Positions 40,111 to 52,087 are shown, counted from the first letter of the stretch. The stretch is 64,000 nucleotides of DNA from an uncultured Nitrososphaeraceae archaeon (GCA_963779615.1 CAVZZA010000005.1:288001-352000); one strand, 5' to 3'. Notes: a model not told the origin generated them from the letters alone. Program-made: numbers and translations.

Positions 40111-40709
40111 TTGAAAACTCTCCTAATAAACAATTTTTCTCCCTATATTAACAACATAATAAAAGTATTAAAAGACCTTGACCATGATTTTACATGCCAT
40201 GATTGTAATTACCTGTCATCTTTTGAACAAGGTTACCTCGATTTATTGCAAAAATATGATAACATAATTTTATCAGGAAGACAGCAAAATTCTACACTCA
40301 TCAATAGAGTAAATTCGGGTATTGTTAAAGGGTGCATATATCTATGACAAACCTCTACTAGGAATTTGCTATGGTGGGCAAATACTTGCTCTAACTTTGG
40401 GTTGCACTTTAAAGAAAATGGAGAAAGTACATGACATTGTACAGATTGATATATCTGAAATCCACTACATTGTTACCCAATTATAAAGCGGTAAACATGT
40501 TTGAGAGTCATAATTTTTGCATATCTCAAATTATCCGAAAAATCTTACATTATTGGGTAGTTCCAAAGCATGTGACAATGAATTTTTTTGCCATAACAAA
40601 AAGCCTTTATTTGGGACACAGTTTCATCCAGAGAAAAGTGGGAAGCAACGGTAAGGTTTATAATAGAAAATTTTTTAAAATTGTAATCAAAAATAAATAC
40701 AGGGTTTGA
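40111..40709 (+). pseudogene. Class I glutamine amidotransferase, multiply frameshifted
   Basis: IILSG, KPLLGICYGGQ, FESH and GTQFHPEK motifs are split across different frames. Confidence 0.8.
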
Positions 40710-40909
40710 TTATACTTTTGTTTAGTTTTAAATTAATTGTTTTGTATTATTTACAGGGAATTTAGATTTAGAAATCAAATAACCCAAAAATTAATCAAAA
40801 CCTTTCAAAACGATTGACTCTACATCCATATATGATTTTACACTTGCCCATATAATATATTTATTTTCTAACATTATGATTTTTATTTAATTATGTTTTT
40901 TGTAGAATT

Positions 40910-41897
40910 ATGCAAAGAGATAAAAATGACATCCTGGTCGAATAATATTACCTTTAGTAGATAAGCAAGAAGAAAATGTGGTTTTTCCTCTCGTAGTAAA
41001 TGTAATTTCCAGATTCTGGGGAGAAGAAATCCCTACAAATGAAATTAACAAAAGATCTGCGGACTATGAAAATTTTAAAGGTACTATTTTTATTGAGGGT
41101 CTAGAGATAATTGAAAAAAAATTAGGCCTTTCATCCATTGTTTATCGCGGATCTCTTGCAGACCTAAAAAAAAGAGTTACTCAGGGTTTTCCTGTTATTG
41201 TTGTACTACCTGGCATTGGAGAAACAGTTCAATTTGCAACTATCGTGTGCGGTTATGATGTTAATGAAAATAGGATCTTGACCTATATACCAGAACCTGA
41301 TTCATATGGTGCAATTCCAGAAGATAAATTTGAAGAGGAATGGTCCCAGGATGATTATTTTTCGATTTTGATATTTCCAAAAGACATGGCCGATATATTT
41401 AAAAAAGATGAATTTGGATTTGAAAAATCAAATAGGATTTACCTTGAAACCGAAAGATTAAAAATTAAAGGAAAACTGCAAGAATCAATAGACATTATTG
41501 AATCAATCTATTAATAACTAGTTCATCTAACTAAGGGCAAAACCGAAAATCCCCAAATCTATGCTTGCTTGCGGGAATTCTAAATGAACTAAATGATGAA
41601 AAATGCATACATCTGTATAAGCGAGTACCAAAATAAATCCAAAGTTTTATTTGGCTTATAAAGGGTTGGGGAAACTTTTATCTTAAAAATAAAAATTATC
41701 AATTGGCAAAAGAGCATTATACCAAAGCAATAGAAATAAATCCAATACGATTTGGTCCAATATATAAAAATCTTGGAATTGTTCTTATTGAATCTTGGCA
41801 ATGAGCGGATCTGCAAGAATTGCATTTAGAGACATATTTAAAACATGTTCCAGATGCAGCAGACAAGGAAAACATATTGCAATTTCTTAATTCCTAA
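40910..41897 (+). pseudogene. Peptidase C39-like domain plus TPR protein, frameshifted
   Basis: GFPVIV...IVCGYD (C39-like fold) in ORF 40978-41514; TPR-like fragments (KAIEINP, PIYKNLG) downstream in shifting frames. Confidence 0.65.
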
Positions 41898-41947
41898 CCT
41901 TGATTTGATTTTTATTTACTAATACCTTTTATTTTGGGGAATTGGAA

Positions 41948-42830
41948 ATGAATGATAAAAACAAGGTTCATAGTAATCGAACCCATAATCAAATCAGATG
42001 CGTTTTTAAGTCATTTGAAACAAATTAATAAATGATACTATTGCATGAAAATAGAATATCGTTGTATCAATAAAAAAAGATGGATTTTACTTACATTGTA
42101 GAAATAGAAAACACAAAGAGAAATGGTATTTGCAATGGATCTTCTGGGCAAATTTCTGGAATATCCTGTATTTTTATAGCTAAATGCCTTGATAATCGAC
42201 TTTGACACTTTATCACAATCAGTTATCCAAATTGGAAAAAAGTTTTATTGCCGGATGAAAAATTTTCCGTTCAATAAGAACTGCTAATGCGGAAAATGGC
42301 CTATGCAAGATAATGATGATTTTTTATTTTAAAAAAAGGACTTGAGTTTTTTATAATAAGTGAGATATCCAGTTTATCTCTGGCATAAGACATGTTACAA
42401 ATGAATATGAAGCGGACAAAATATTATTTGTGTTAATTGGCAGCGATTTTGCATATGTCAGTATTGTCACTGATAAAGAAATAAAGAGATCATTCCCTTT
42501 AAATTTTTAAAGGAGACAGTCATTTGCCCAATTTATAACGATTATTCTTTTTTATCATTAATTTCGATTTTGAATAATGGGTTTTTCCCAATTCCGTTTA
42601 TTTTTTACAACGGTGAAAGTAATCTGAGACAAATTATTGAAGACATTTGAAAAAATTATCAAAAGATACCCAATCAAGAACATTATTATTAATTTGATTC
42701 ATCTCACTGACCTCAATCCCACTAAACACTTGATAAATTAGACAATGAGCTTTGGACTAAATTCCAAGAAAGATAACAAAAGAATATGATGAAGAAATTG
42801 ATATTTGATGAAATTATTGTAAAAATTTTG
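41948..42830 (+). pseudogene. Heavily frameshifted gene of unknown identity
   Basis: ~900 bp of coding-like sequence after an ATG, with no ORF of 60 aa or more, inside the frameshift-dense block. Confidence 0.35.
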
Positions 42831-43152
42831 TTGCAGGTGAAAGTTGATACAATTTTATTTGCCTCCCCTTTTTACCTTTTTTGCATCCTTTTTGGTTCTT
42901 TAAAAAAAATATTCTGATGTCTTTTGAGTCGGGAAAAATTCCGTTGACTCCATTTCTTTTTAATTATGAAATTAAAAGATAATCTAAATGATTTTTATAA
43001 TGGTTCAGTGACAACATGCCAGTGATGAAAACCCATAGGGCTTTTATCCTTTGTATTTAGATGTAACACCGGATGATTTCGAACTTGTTTTAAAAAAATC
43101 AAAACCAATAGGGTGAAAGATGATTCATCGAAGGAAACCAGAACAATTCAGT

Positions 43153-44329
43153 TTAGATGTGGGAAAAGACGATATTCTTGATATTCTCAATTCCATCTAA
43201 ATTGTTGCTTATCTCCATTAACATTGCGATGCTTTTTTTACATACTTATCTGTCATTGCTTATCCTTTCAATCATTTTTATTATTGATGCTGTATCTATT
43301 TTTTGGATTGAGGGTCATTCCGATTCCTAGTTTTTCTATTTTAATGGAATTTGAAATCTGTTCACCGTGATTTTCTATAGGTATTGATATAAATGGTTTT
43401 CCAAATTGAATTGCTTGGGAGATTGCTGTGTGTCCGCCCCTAATAATTAAACATGTCGATAGTTGGAATATTTCATCCCTATGTGGACACCATTCATAAT
43501 ACCATATATTGCCTGAAACTTTTTTTGGACGGCATATCTCCATTAGATTTTCCTTCTGAAAAAATAAATTGAATATTGGTTAGATTTTGACATGCTTCAA
43601 TAATTTTCAAAATAATTGGTTTTCTTGTTTCCTTGGGCCCGCTAATATGAACAAAGATCTAATAGTTTGGTTTTATCGATTTGAAGTAAACTTCGCAACG
43701 CTGTTTATTCTTTAATTTGAAAGGGTTTTTTTAGGTGAAATGAATCCAATATATTTTATTTTGGATTTTGTAGATTTAACTGAATTTATTGTTTCTTCTG
43801 AAATTGTGTACGGTGGGGGTAAATCTGGTATCAAAATGTTCGTCTGATATGTCTCCATAAACCTCCCATCAATTCCCCCATGCAAGTCTCAAAAAATTTT
43901 GCGATTCGAAATTTTCCTTAGCCTTGGTGTCAATAATAGTTTGATTTGGTTGATTAGCAAAATTGTTGGTATATTTAGCAATTTTCCTGCAACCAGTGAT
44001 GATATCCTTGTATCTGAAATTATGATTTGTGGATTGAATTTTTTTAAATATCTTATTTCTCTGTTGATTTGAATTGGTAAATTGGTTACCCATTTGGGAA
44101 TCTTCGAGATGTTGTGTTTAGCTGAGAACTCTCCATCTCTTCCCCACAAAAACTCTACTGGGGGTACAATATTACACTCATATCCATGGAGGTTCAGGTA
44201 GTTTTTTGCCTCTCCAAATGATGAAAATCTTGATTCAAGTCCAAATCCTTTAAGATAGTCTGCCAAAACTAAAAGCCGGCTTGCATGACCTAAACCAACG
44301 CCATATGGTGTAAAATACAGTCTCCGCAA
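43153..44329 (-). pseudogene. GT-B glycosyltransferase (MurG/MJ1255-like), frameshifted
   Basis: YGVGLGHASR, IISD, PDLPPPYT, RGGHTAISQAIQFGKP...HGEQ split over several frames. Confidence 0.8.
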
Positions 44330-44497
44330 TATTATGACGATTTTCTATAAAGCGTTTAAAAATGTTAGTTTATTCAACGAAAATATTGTTAATGCATGAC
44401 ATTCTATTATAACATTCCTTAATAGTGGACTTATGAGTGTTAGATACTACGTTGTTAATGGTAATATTGATAAATTAGCAGATGTAGAGTTTAAGCA

Positions 44498-45334
44498 GTG
44501 AGCACAAAATCATTCTCATCAAAATACAATCATAGTCATCTTATGCAATATGCGATAGGAATTTTGTCAATTTTATTGGTTATTCAAATGCTTTCATATG
44601 GTAAAACACCTGTTTTAGCTGCCACTGATAATTCTTTTAGTGGCTCAGCAGTCAACGGCGCCATTACCACAAATCCCAATTGTGGGCAGGTAGTAACAGG
44701 AAATGTTAAGCTAACCTCCAACCTGATTTGTAACAGTGATGGACTAATAGTAGGGGGCCCAGACACTAAGATAAATCTTAATGGCTTCTCCATCAAAGGC
44801 CCTGGCATGGACAGCAATAAGGCAGGAATAAGCACCTCCGGACAAGAAAATATTACCATAACTGGAAATGGCGAGATAACAGGTTTTTCATCAGGGATAT
44901 ATATTTCAGGAAGTAACAACGTTTTAACTAAAAATGTTAACATTAGCATCAACAAAATTGCAATTTACATCTCTGGAAGCAAATTTTCTGACATAAACAA
45001 TAACATGCTAAACAATAACACTATTGCAATATCATCCCAATCTTCAACTCAAACAAATATAACAAACAATCTTGTAAGTGGAAATAGTAACGCTGGGATA
45101 ACTTTCAAAAACACCGTTGACTCCTTTATCAGTGAAAACAACATATTGAATACAAAAATTGGAATTTTTATGGATGTTCAAAGTTCATTGAATAAAGTAA
45201 ATTTCAATAATTTGTTCAATAATGAGTTGGACATTGATAATGCGAACAATCTTGCGGTCAACATTAACAATAATTATTTTACAAACAATAACTGCAACAC
45301 AAGTTTGCCATCCGGTCTATGTGTTGGGAGATAG
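44498..45334 (+). CDS. Secreted right-handed beta-helix (NosD-like) protein
   Basis: Signal peptide, CGQVVTGNVKLTSNLIC, INLNGFSIKG, Asn-rich parallel beta-helix repeats. Confidence 0.82.
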   Translation: MSTKSFSSKYNHSHLMQYAIGILSILLVIQMLSYGKTPVLAATDNSFSGSAVNGAITTNPNCGQVVTGNVKLTSNLICNSDGLIVGGPDTKINLNGFSIKGPGMDSNKAGISTSGQENITITGNGEITGFSSGIYISGSNNVLTKNVNISINKIAIYISGSKFSDINNNMLNNNTIAISSQSSTQTNITNNLVSGNSNAGITFKNTVDSFISENNILNTKIGIFMDVQSSLNKVNFNNLFNNELDIDNANNLAVNINNNYFTNNNCNTSLPSGLCVGR

Positions 45335-45432
45335 TGATGTAAAACAAGATAAGACAACACAACTTCCATCCCTGTTCGATAAAAAAAAATAAAGAATTAG
45401 GTTTTTTTAAGGTATAGTATGTTATGCACCAC

Positions 45433-46119
45433 CTAGGTCGTATTGCCTTTCATCACTGATTTATCTACCATGGACATGTTTTTAGCCATACTGTCATTGT
45501 CGCTCATAATTGACTGATTCATTCTCCAGTCCTTCATATTCTTTATCATGTCTCCTGTCATCAACGGTATCCATTTTTTCACCATTTCTGAATCATTCAT
45601 CGCGATTTTCATCATTTTCATTTCCCCGTTGAAATCATGTACAAGTCCGTAAATTGGGGTATCTCCAAAATGGTTATTTACTTTAGACGGATCTATTGAA
45701 ATAGCTATTGTGTTGTTGTTAGCAATAGTGACTTGGGCAGGGACATTATCAACTGGACCATCTTTCATTGTTATTGAAACGGTTCCGTCAAATATCGTGT
45801 CATTTCCCTGCTTAGCCACATTGTTTACAATTGCATTGTATATTTTGTGAATATGTGGCGCAGATCCATTAATCATGACCATATTAAAGATGCTATGAAA
45901 ACCGGCATCAGTTTTGTTTGTATCATTCATGTTCGCCATCCATTTCCCTGCTAAAATCCAGTCCTGGTTTATGCTTGCAATGGGTCCAAAATGAAAGTTG
46001 TGGGTTTGCGAATAGTTAGCGGTGACCGAGTTTATCCCGGTTAATGAAAGTAAAAATCCAGCAATTATGCATGTGCCAAGAATTTTAAAACATTTTTTGC
46101 GGTTAAACACAATAAACAC
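45433..46119 (-). CDS. Hypothetical secreted protein with Met-rich C-terminus
   Basis: Signal peptide, HFGDTPIYG motif, Met-dense tail. Confidence 0.75.
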   Translation of the reverse strand: MFIVFNRKKCFKILGTCIIAGFLLSLTGINSVTANYSQTHNFHFGPIASINQDWILAGKWMANMNDTNKTDAGFHSIFNMVMINGSAPHIHKIYNAIVNNVAKQGNDTIFDGTVSITMKDGPVDNVPAQVTIANNNTIAISIDPSKVNNHFGDTPIYGLVHDFNGEMKMMKIAMNDSEMVKKWIPLMTGDMIKNMKDWRMNQSIMSDNDSMAKNMSMVDKSVMKGNTT

Positions 46120-46226
46120 ATGGTAAAATAGTTTATAAATATTAAAGGTAAGATTATCCTACTTAAATTAACCACCAAATAAAAAGTATTTAAAACAGCC
46201 TTTTATTACTAAATCAACTAAATATT

Positions 46227-46922
46227 TTGTATTCAGTAAATTGGCAACGAGACATAGAGATTGCACTTGTTGATGGTAGAAAAGTGATAATAAAAAAAGA
46301 CAAAGCCACCAAAATAATAAATGAATCCCTATTAGTTTTCCTATATTCATTAATATCTATTTTATTATTACATCCCTCATCACCACCCAAACTTGGCAAA
46401 TCAGTTTTATTAAACGAAGGTGAAGAAAACAGAAGAAAATTAAATAAAATGGGAATACCAACCCCACGTCTTCACCATATTAGCAATGATACCATAATAG
46501 AAGAATATGTAGAGGGTGGGAATTTATACAAGTTTTTAAAAAACGGCGGGAATTTAGAAATTGTTTTCAAAGCAGGGGTAATAACAGGAAAATTACACCA
46601 GGCTGGCTTTTGTTTTGTAGACAATAAAGCCCAAAACTATCTAGTGAATAGGTCGGATCTGATTCGCACAGATATTGGACTCATTCAAAAAAAAAAATCC
46701 ATCTATGCAAAAAGTGTGGATATTGGCATATTTTTATCCAGCCTTATAGACCTTGACAGAGAAAAATATAAAACAATCGAGAGGGTTTTTTTAGAAGGAG
46801 TAAAAGCAGGGTCTAAAAATAAAATACCATACTTGTCAACAATTGTGAGAAACATATCTTCCCTGGCATTATCATCTAATCACCACAACTTGATAATAAA
46901 CTTGATTCTCAAACCAGACTAA
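46227..46922 (+). CDS. Atypical protein-kinase-like (Bud32/RIO-like) protein
   Basis: GIPTPRL, IEEYVEG, LHQAGFCFVDNKAQN, TDIG. Confidence 0.7.
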   Translation: MYSVNWQRDIEIALVDGRKVIIKKDKATKIINESLLVFLYSLISILLLHPSSPPKLGKSVLLNEGEENRRKLNKMGIPTPRLHHISNDTIIEEYVEGGNLYKFLKNGGNLEIVFKAGVITGKLHQAGFCFVDNKAQNYLVNRSDLIRTDIGLIQKKKSIYAKSVDIGIFLSSLIDLDREKYKTIERVFLEGVKAGSKNKIPYLSTIVRNISSLALSSNHHNLIINLILKPD

Positions 46923-46933
46923 TCATTCAGAAT

Positions 46934-47329
46934 TCAGATAGGTGGCAATTCAACTTTCTTGTCAAACCCGCCGGATCCAAATTTACAGTAAAAGCATTTC
47001 TCTGACATCATGTATGGAATTTGTTGTATGACAACAGCACCCAGTTTTAATGCAATTTTTGTCATTACTCTGTATTTTAAAGGCATGGCGGGAATTACTT
47101 CCTTGAAATAAACATTATAGTGATCAGGGCAGAATTTCAGGGTCACGTTTGAAGAAGACCTTTTGCTCATCTCTAGGTTTTTACTAGCTGAATTTAAATT
47201 TTTTGCAACGTTAATCTGTTCACGAATATACTCATGTTTAGGACATGGACAATCCTTTCCTCCGGGATGTTTGTAGGCTGGAGTATTTTTCCAGTCAAAC
47301 TCTGAAAAATCTTTATCGAAATCATCCAT
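46934..47329 (-). CDS. Hypothetical metal-binding protein
   Basis: CPCPKH, CPDH, CFYC motifs. Confidence 0.7.
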   Translation of the reverse strand: MDDFDKDFSEFDWKNTPAYKHPGGKDCPCPKHEYIREQINVAKNLNSASKNLEMSKRSSSNVTLKFCPDHYNVYFKEVIPAMPLKYRVMTKIALKLGAVVIQQIPYMMSEKCFYCKFGSGGFDKKVELPPI

Positions 47330-47822
47330 TCTTTTTCATGTACATATATGTTGTATAGAATATAAATATATAGTTCGACTTTTCTGATTAGACCGACCAA
47401 TAATCAGCGGTTCAATCGTTATTAAGAGGGGTAAATGTGTAAAGGTTTGTGTTTAGTCGGTCAACAGCGTTTTTAAAAAGAAAATAATTAACAACAATTA
47501 ATCATTTTATTATCATCAGAATTCATATTTATGGGTTCATCATTTCAATTCTCACACAAAGGGACTAAATAACGATTTATTCCCAAATTTCCAAAAGCAA
47601 TATGGTTTGCACACTGGGAAATGGTGTTTTACCATAGTTGTCTTCTACTGTTTTTGTGTTCAAATTCCTTTTTTGGAAAAACATTAAACAATTTTGCAAA
47701 AGACCATTAGATTAGACAATTTTTGCGTCTTTCCTTTTTCATAACAGAATAACATATGATTCTTTTTAATGATTGTAAAGAGAAAGATTATATTTTTCTA
47801 CATATTAACAGTTGTAGGCGGC

Positions 47823-48839
47823 GTGGTTCAAGAACAGACTGGCGGAAATTCAGCTATAGCTCCAACTGCTGCAGCTATAGCTTCTGCAACAAAAAAAGAC
47901 AATAGAATGAATAATACAATAGATTCAAATCAAAAAACACTTTTAGATTTCAAAAAAAAGTTACTAGATGAACAGAAAAACGGAGAAGGCAAAATAGACA
48001 AAATTAACCAAAAAATAGAAGAAACCAAAAAAATAATTGACGAGGAAAGGGTAAAGTTAGAAGAAGAAAGGTTAAAATTAAAGCACACAAATGAAGCCAA
48101 AGATGCGGATTATACAAAGTTCACAGAATTAAAAAATAATTTAATTGAAGAAAGAAAGCGGATGAAAACATTGGATTCTAAAGCCTCCAGTACAGGTACA
48201 GGTACAGGTACAGGGTTTAGATCCAGAAGAGACAAATACAATATTTCAAATTTAACAAGAGCACTAGATCAAATCGAAAAAGACATCCAAACAAAAAAAC
48301 TGTCCAAGGACGAAGAAAGGAGACTGGTTCTAAAATCCAAGGAGATTGCGACCAGACTTCATGCATTAAAGGTCATTCACAAAAAGGAAGACACATACAA
48401 AAACATGGCAATAAAATTTGATGACCTAAGGGGAAAGATGACCAAAATATTTGACCAAAAAGCTGAAATTGGAAAGGGAATAGGCAAATTAAAATCAAAT
48501 TTAGACGACTTGTTAAATAAAAGAGAAGAACTTTACGAAGAAAGAAGAATGGTCATCCATCTGGTAAGGGAAGCAGGTGCAAAATTAGAAATGGTGGATA
48601 CACAGCTTAATGCGATAGAATTCAAAAGGACTCGTTTACAATATTCCTCAGACAGACAACGAAGGCAAACAGGTGAAAGAAGAAGTAGGCATGAAATTCC
48701 ACAGGATAAAATGAGGAAAAACAGGGAAAACCAAGAGTTGTGGAATTCGTTAAAGGAGGTAGCAATGAAGAAAATGTCTAGCGGAGAAAAACTTACATTT
48801 GATGAAATGAAATTGATTTATTCTGATGATTCAGAGTAA
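47823..48839 (+). CDS. Archaeal long coiled-coil protein
   Basis: K/E-rich heptads throughout; C-terminal GEKLTFDEMKL; probable GTG start at 47823. Confidence 0.8.
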   Translation: MVQEQTGGNSAIAPTAAAIASATKKDNRMNNTIDSNQKTLLDFKKKLLDEQKNGEGKIDKINQKIEETKKIIDEERVKLEEERLKLKHTNEAKDADYTKFTELKNNLIEERKRMKTLDSKASSTGTGTGTGFRSRRDKYNISNLTRALDQIEKDIQTKKLSKDEERRLVLKSKEIATRLHALKVIHKKEDTYKNMAIKFDDLRGKMTKIFDQKAEIGKGIGKLKSNLDDLLNKREELYEERRMVIHLVREAGAKLEMVDTQLNAIEFKRTRLQYSSDRQRRQTGERRSRHEIPQDKMRKNRENQELWNSLKEVAMKKMSSGEKLTFDEMKLIYSDDSE

Positions 48840-49199
48840 TAACGAGTAATAAATTATTTAATTTTTTAAATAATCTGTTAATTCCTGGTCTTTTATCTAT
48901 CAGTTGTATTTGAATACATAAAATTAATCACATCAACAAATTTTCTTTTTCTTTTACAAAAACCGACTGGCTTTGATTTATGATTCGATAGCATTATTTG
49001 ATGATTTTACCCCAATTGATTGTCGCCATTTTCAGAATAGCAATTGGTGTTACAAATGATAAAAGCATCAGATAGCGATTACCCCGGATTCATCAACACC
49101 TTTTTCAAAGGTTACTTTATAATATGACAACAAATGATTTGCCAATATTTGAATCTGATAAAAACCGTGTTGTTTAGATTATGTGAATCTAATATCACG

Positions 49200-49663
49200 C
49201 TAAAGTATATCATCAAAGAGAAAGAGAATTTCTGAATTCACAGTTGACGAGGCGCCAATTAAGGCCGGTTCAGAATACATTTGGTTGTGGGTTGCTATCG
49301 AGCAAAAAAACAAGCAAATTCTCGCACTGTCCACATCCAAAAAAAAAGAAACATGTTTGTGGCAGAGGTTTATCGAAGGTTTGGCCAAGAATCATGGAAA
49401 ACATCCGGTTTCCACAGATGGGGGGACATGGTATCCACAAGCATGCCGGTTCTTGAAAATAAATTATCACATTCATTCACCCTATGAGAAAAGCACTATT
49501 GAAAGGACAATGCAGTATATCAAGGACAGGACAGAATGTTTTGGTGATTACTTTCCTTGCAGCAGAAAGAAGGGTTGCAATTTCCTCCATATCAATAACT
49601 GGCTCGGACTATTTGCGACAATGCATAACAAGGAGAGTCTAAAGGCCTTAAGTTAACAGGGCC
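49200..49663 (+). mobile_element. Truncated, frameshifted IS6-family element
   Basis: VDE, WVAIE, HPVSTDGGTWYPQAC, IERTMQYIKDRTE; right IR CTTAAGTTAACAGGGCC; left end not found. Confidence 0.85.
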
Positions 49664-50198
49664 GTATCAAGGGTTTGTGAAAAAAGCAATAGCAATTTTA
49701 ATATCGGATCAGATGTTCCTATTGGCACTCATTCTTGTTTGGACTGCAAAGTTAAGTCATTCCCCTTTTTTTGAAACCACGCGCACCAAACTTAACCGTT
49801 ATTGTACATGACTTGGCATTCAAATTTTTTCGCTCTTGAAAGCAAGTATCAAAACAACTTCATCTATATCTTTGATTCACTGGTGCGTTGTCCTTTCAAT
49901 GAACTCTTTAGCAGGGAGTAAACGTGAGACGGCTTGGTTACAACGAATGGAAGGTCTGCTGACGGATACTATGCAATATCACACCTTTTAAAACCTGATG
50001 TTTCCCCATACTCTTGTTCCTTCCATCTCCCAAGAAACCTTGCCTTAGCAATAACAACTCAGTATTGCCAATCACCAAAATTGATTCAATGCGGTAGAGA
50101 ATATCCCCAATTCGCATGAAAAATGTTTATTGCAACCTAACGTTTTATTTTGTAAAAACATTTCTATAGTCAATGGACAGAATTGATTATTAGACGTT

Positions 50199-50561
50199 TC
50201 ATTTCTCAACAAGCTCATCATATTTTCTTTTGATTTCGTTATAATCACTAGACTGAATGTCAGGAGTATTTATGTAGAGATAGTTTTTTGCCGGTTCATT
50301 TTTTTGGAATCTTTTCCAATTGTCTAAAAATTTTTTTATGAAATCCTCAATTATCTCTGTAGTGGTGATTCCTGTAGAATCTATCCTTAGTGATTCGTTA
50401 ATTAAGCATATTTCCTCTTTACTGTCTCCACTAATGTATTCTATTGGAATTGGTTTAAACTTTGTATCTTTGACTCTAAAAGGCAAGATAATTGCAATAT
50501 AGGCCCTGGAATCTTCATGTTTTTTTGATGGTGGTTTCATGGGTATTATAATATACACCAA
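50199..50561 (-). CDS. Hypothetical protein
   Basis: 120-aa ORF with no recognised motif. Confidence 0.45.
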   Translation of the reverse strand: MVYIIIPMKPPSKKHEDSRAYIAIILPFRVKDTKFKPIPIEYISGDSKEEICLINESLRIDSTGITTTEIIEDFIKKFLDNWKRFQKNEPAKNYLYINTPDIQSSDYNEIKRKYDELVEK

Positions 50562-51111
50562 TCAACTAAAAAATTCTTTGCTCAACATATTTGATGATGG
50601 GTTGTTTTCACAATCACAATAGAAAACATTGTTTTGATAAATTCATCACTTAATTGTAATTATGACACCATTTTTTGCTTAGCAACAATTTCACACAAAT
50701 AGCATGATTGAATGAAAACTTGCCATTATGAAACGTGAAATAATGTAAAAACCATATCTATTTGCTCGCTGGATCTGTCCATGTGATGGTTTGCAATCAT
50801 TATTCAAAAAAACTTACAAGATTCAACCAATACTCCACATGCTTTGGTTTACATCCCTTTTTCTTTACCTATGGGGGATAATCGTCAAAAAATCAAAGAA
50901 CCTTTGGATGAGGTATTTTCTTTATGGCAGTGTAAAAACATATTGACAAAATGAGTTTTTAGTGCCCTTAACGATTTTGCCGTGACAAATGCCAATTTAC
51001 AGCCCAAATGAAGACTCAGACAGGCAATGTTTTGAATTGACATCATCAGCAGTTATCAAGGCATTAAGAAATACAATAGTTTAAGACAATAGGGAGATTG
51101 ATCTTCTATAT

Positions 51112-51924
51112 ATGATGGTAAGTGTAAGTGCAAATTGGCTTGCCTCCAACTTAGACGATTCAAATTTGGTTATTATAGACGCGAGAGGAATATTGCCGTA
51201 CAGATACGGACACATCAGAAACGCCGTGCCCTTAGGTGTTGAGGGAGTTATTTCTGTTTCGGACAATGGATCAAACCTGGTTGTAGACGCGCAGACAGCA
51301 GAAAAGACATTTAGTGACCTTGGTATCGATGATACAAAGTCAGTCGTGGTCTATGGCGAATATCCCGATCCTTCAGTGGCCAGGGTAGTTTGGACCCTAT
51401 TGTATTATGGGCATTCAAGGGTAAAACTTTTAGATGTGGGGTACTGCCAATGGCAGAAAGAAGGATTCCCAAGCACTGAACAAATTCCAATTACGGCAAA
51501 AAAACCAACAAAAGGTGATGATGGTGTTGTTAATAATGTTGGTGTTAGTTTTACCGCAAAAGCAAATCCTACAATTAGAGCAGATGCTCAGATGATTAAG
51601 GAAAAACAAAAGGATCCTAATGTGGTCATTATCGACGCCAGAACCCCTCAGGAACACTTTCAAGCAAGAATTCCTGGCTCAATTTTGCACAACTGGGAAG
51701 AAGGATTAGGCGACCATGGAGAGATGATAAAAGATAAAGACAGGTTACAGAAGGATTTTGAAGAAAAAGGAATTACTAAAGAAAAGGAAATCATATGCTA
51801 TTGTCACTCAGGAATGAGGGCATCGCACAAATACTTACAATTAAAGCAAGCAGGCTTTGATAATGTCAGGATGTATGACGGATCTATCATAGATTGGGCA
51901 AATCGACGTAACCCCCTACGGTAA
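51112..51924 (+). CDS. Tandem-rhodanese sulfurtransferase
   Basis: IIDAR...GHIRNA, second IIDAR...RIPGS, active site YCHSGMRA, YDGSIIDW. Confidence 0.92.
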   Translation: MMVSVSANWLASNLDDSNLVIIDARGILPYRYGHIRNAVPLGVEGVISVSDNGSNLVVDAQTAEKTFSDLGIDDTKSVVVYGEYPDPSVARVVWTLLYYGHSRVKLLDVGYCQWQKEGFPSTEQIPITAKKPTKGDDGVVNNVGVSFTAKANPTIRADAQMIKEKQKDPNVVIIDARTPQEHFQARIPGSILHNWEEGLGDHGEMIKDKDRLQKDFEEKGITKEKEIICYCHSGMRASHKYLQLKQAGFDNVRMYDGSIIDWANRRNPLR

Positions 51925-52087
51925 AATTGATCATATGGAAAATTGATCACCGTATCTTTAATTTGTGTTGTTTATCAATCAATAAATTATAATGACCAGA
52001 TTAAATTGTTAATGAGAAGTTTAAGCATCAAAGCTGGCTAAAAATGTGTTTTGAGAACGGTTAACTATTTAATACTTATTCCAATAA

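Noticed and set aside
48189-48214. (GTACAG)n microsatellite, and the (CAG)n run near 56238, as phase-variation switches
   Set aside because: Unit lengths are multiples of 3 and lie in low-complexity linkers, so slippage would not shift the frame
49700-50120. Coding-like minus-strand remnant next to the IS6 relic
   Set aside because: Interrupted by stops and no family could be recognised
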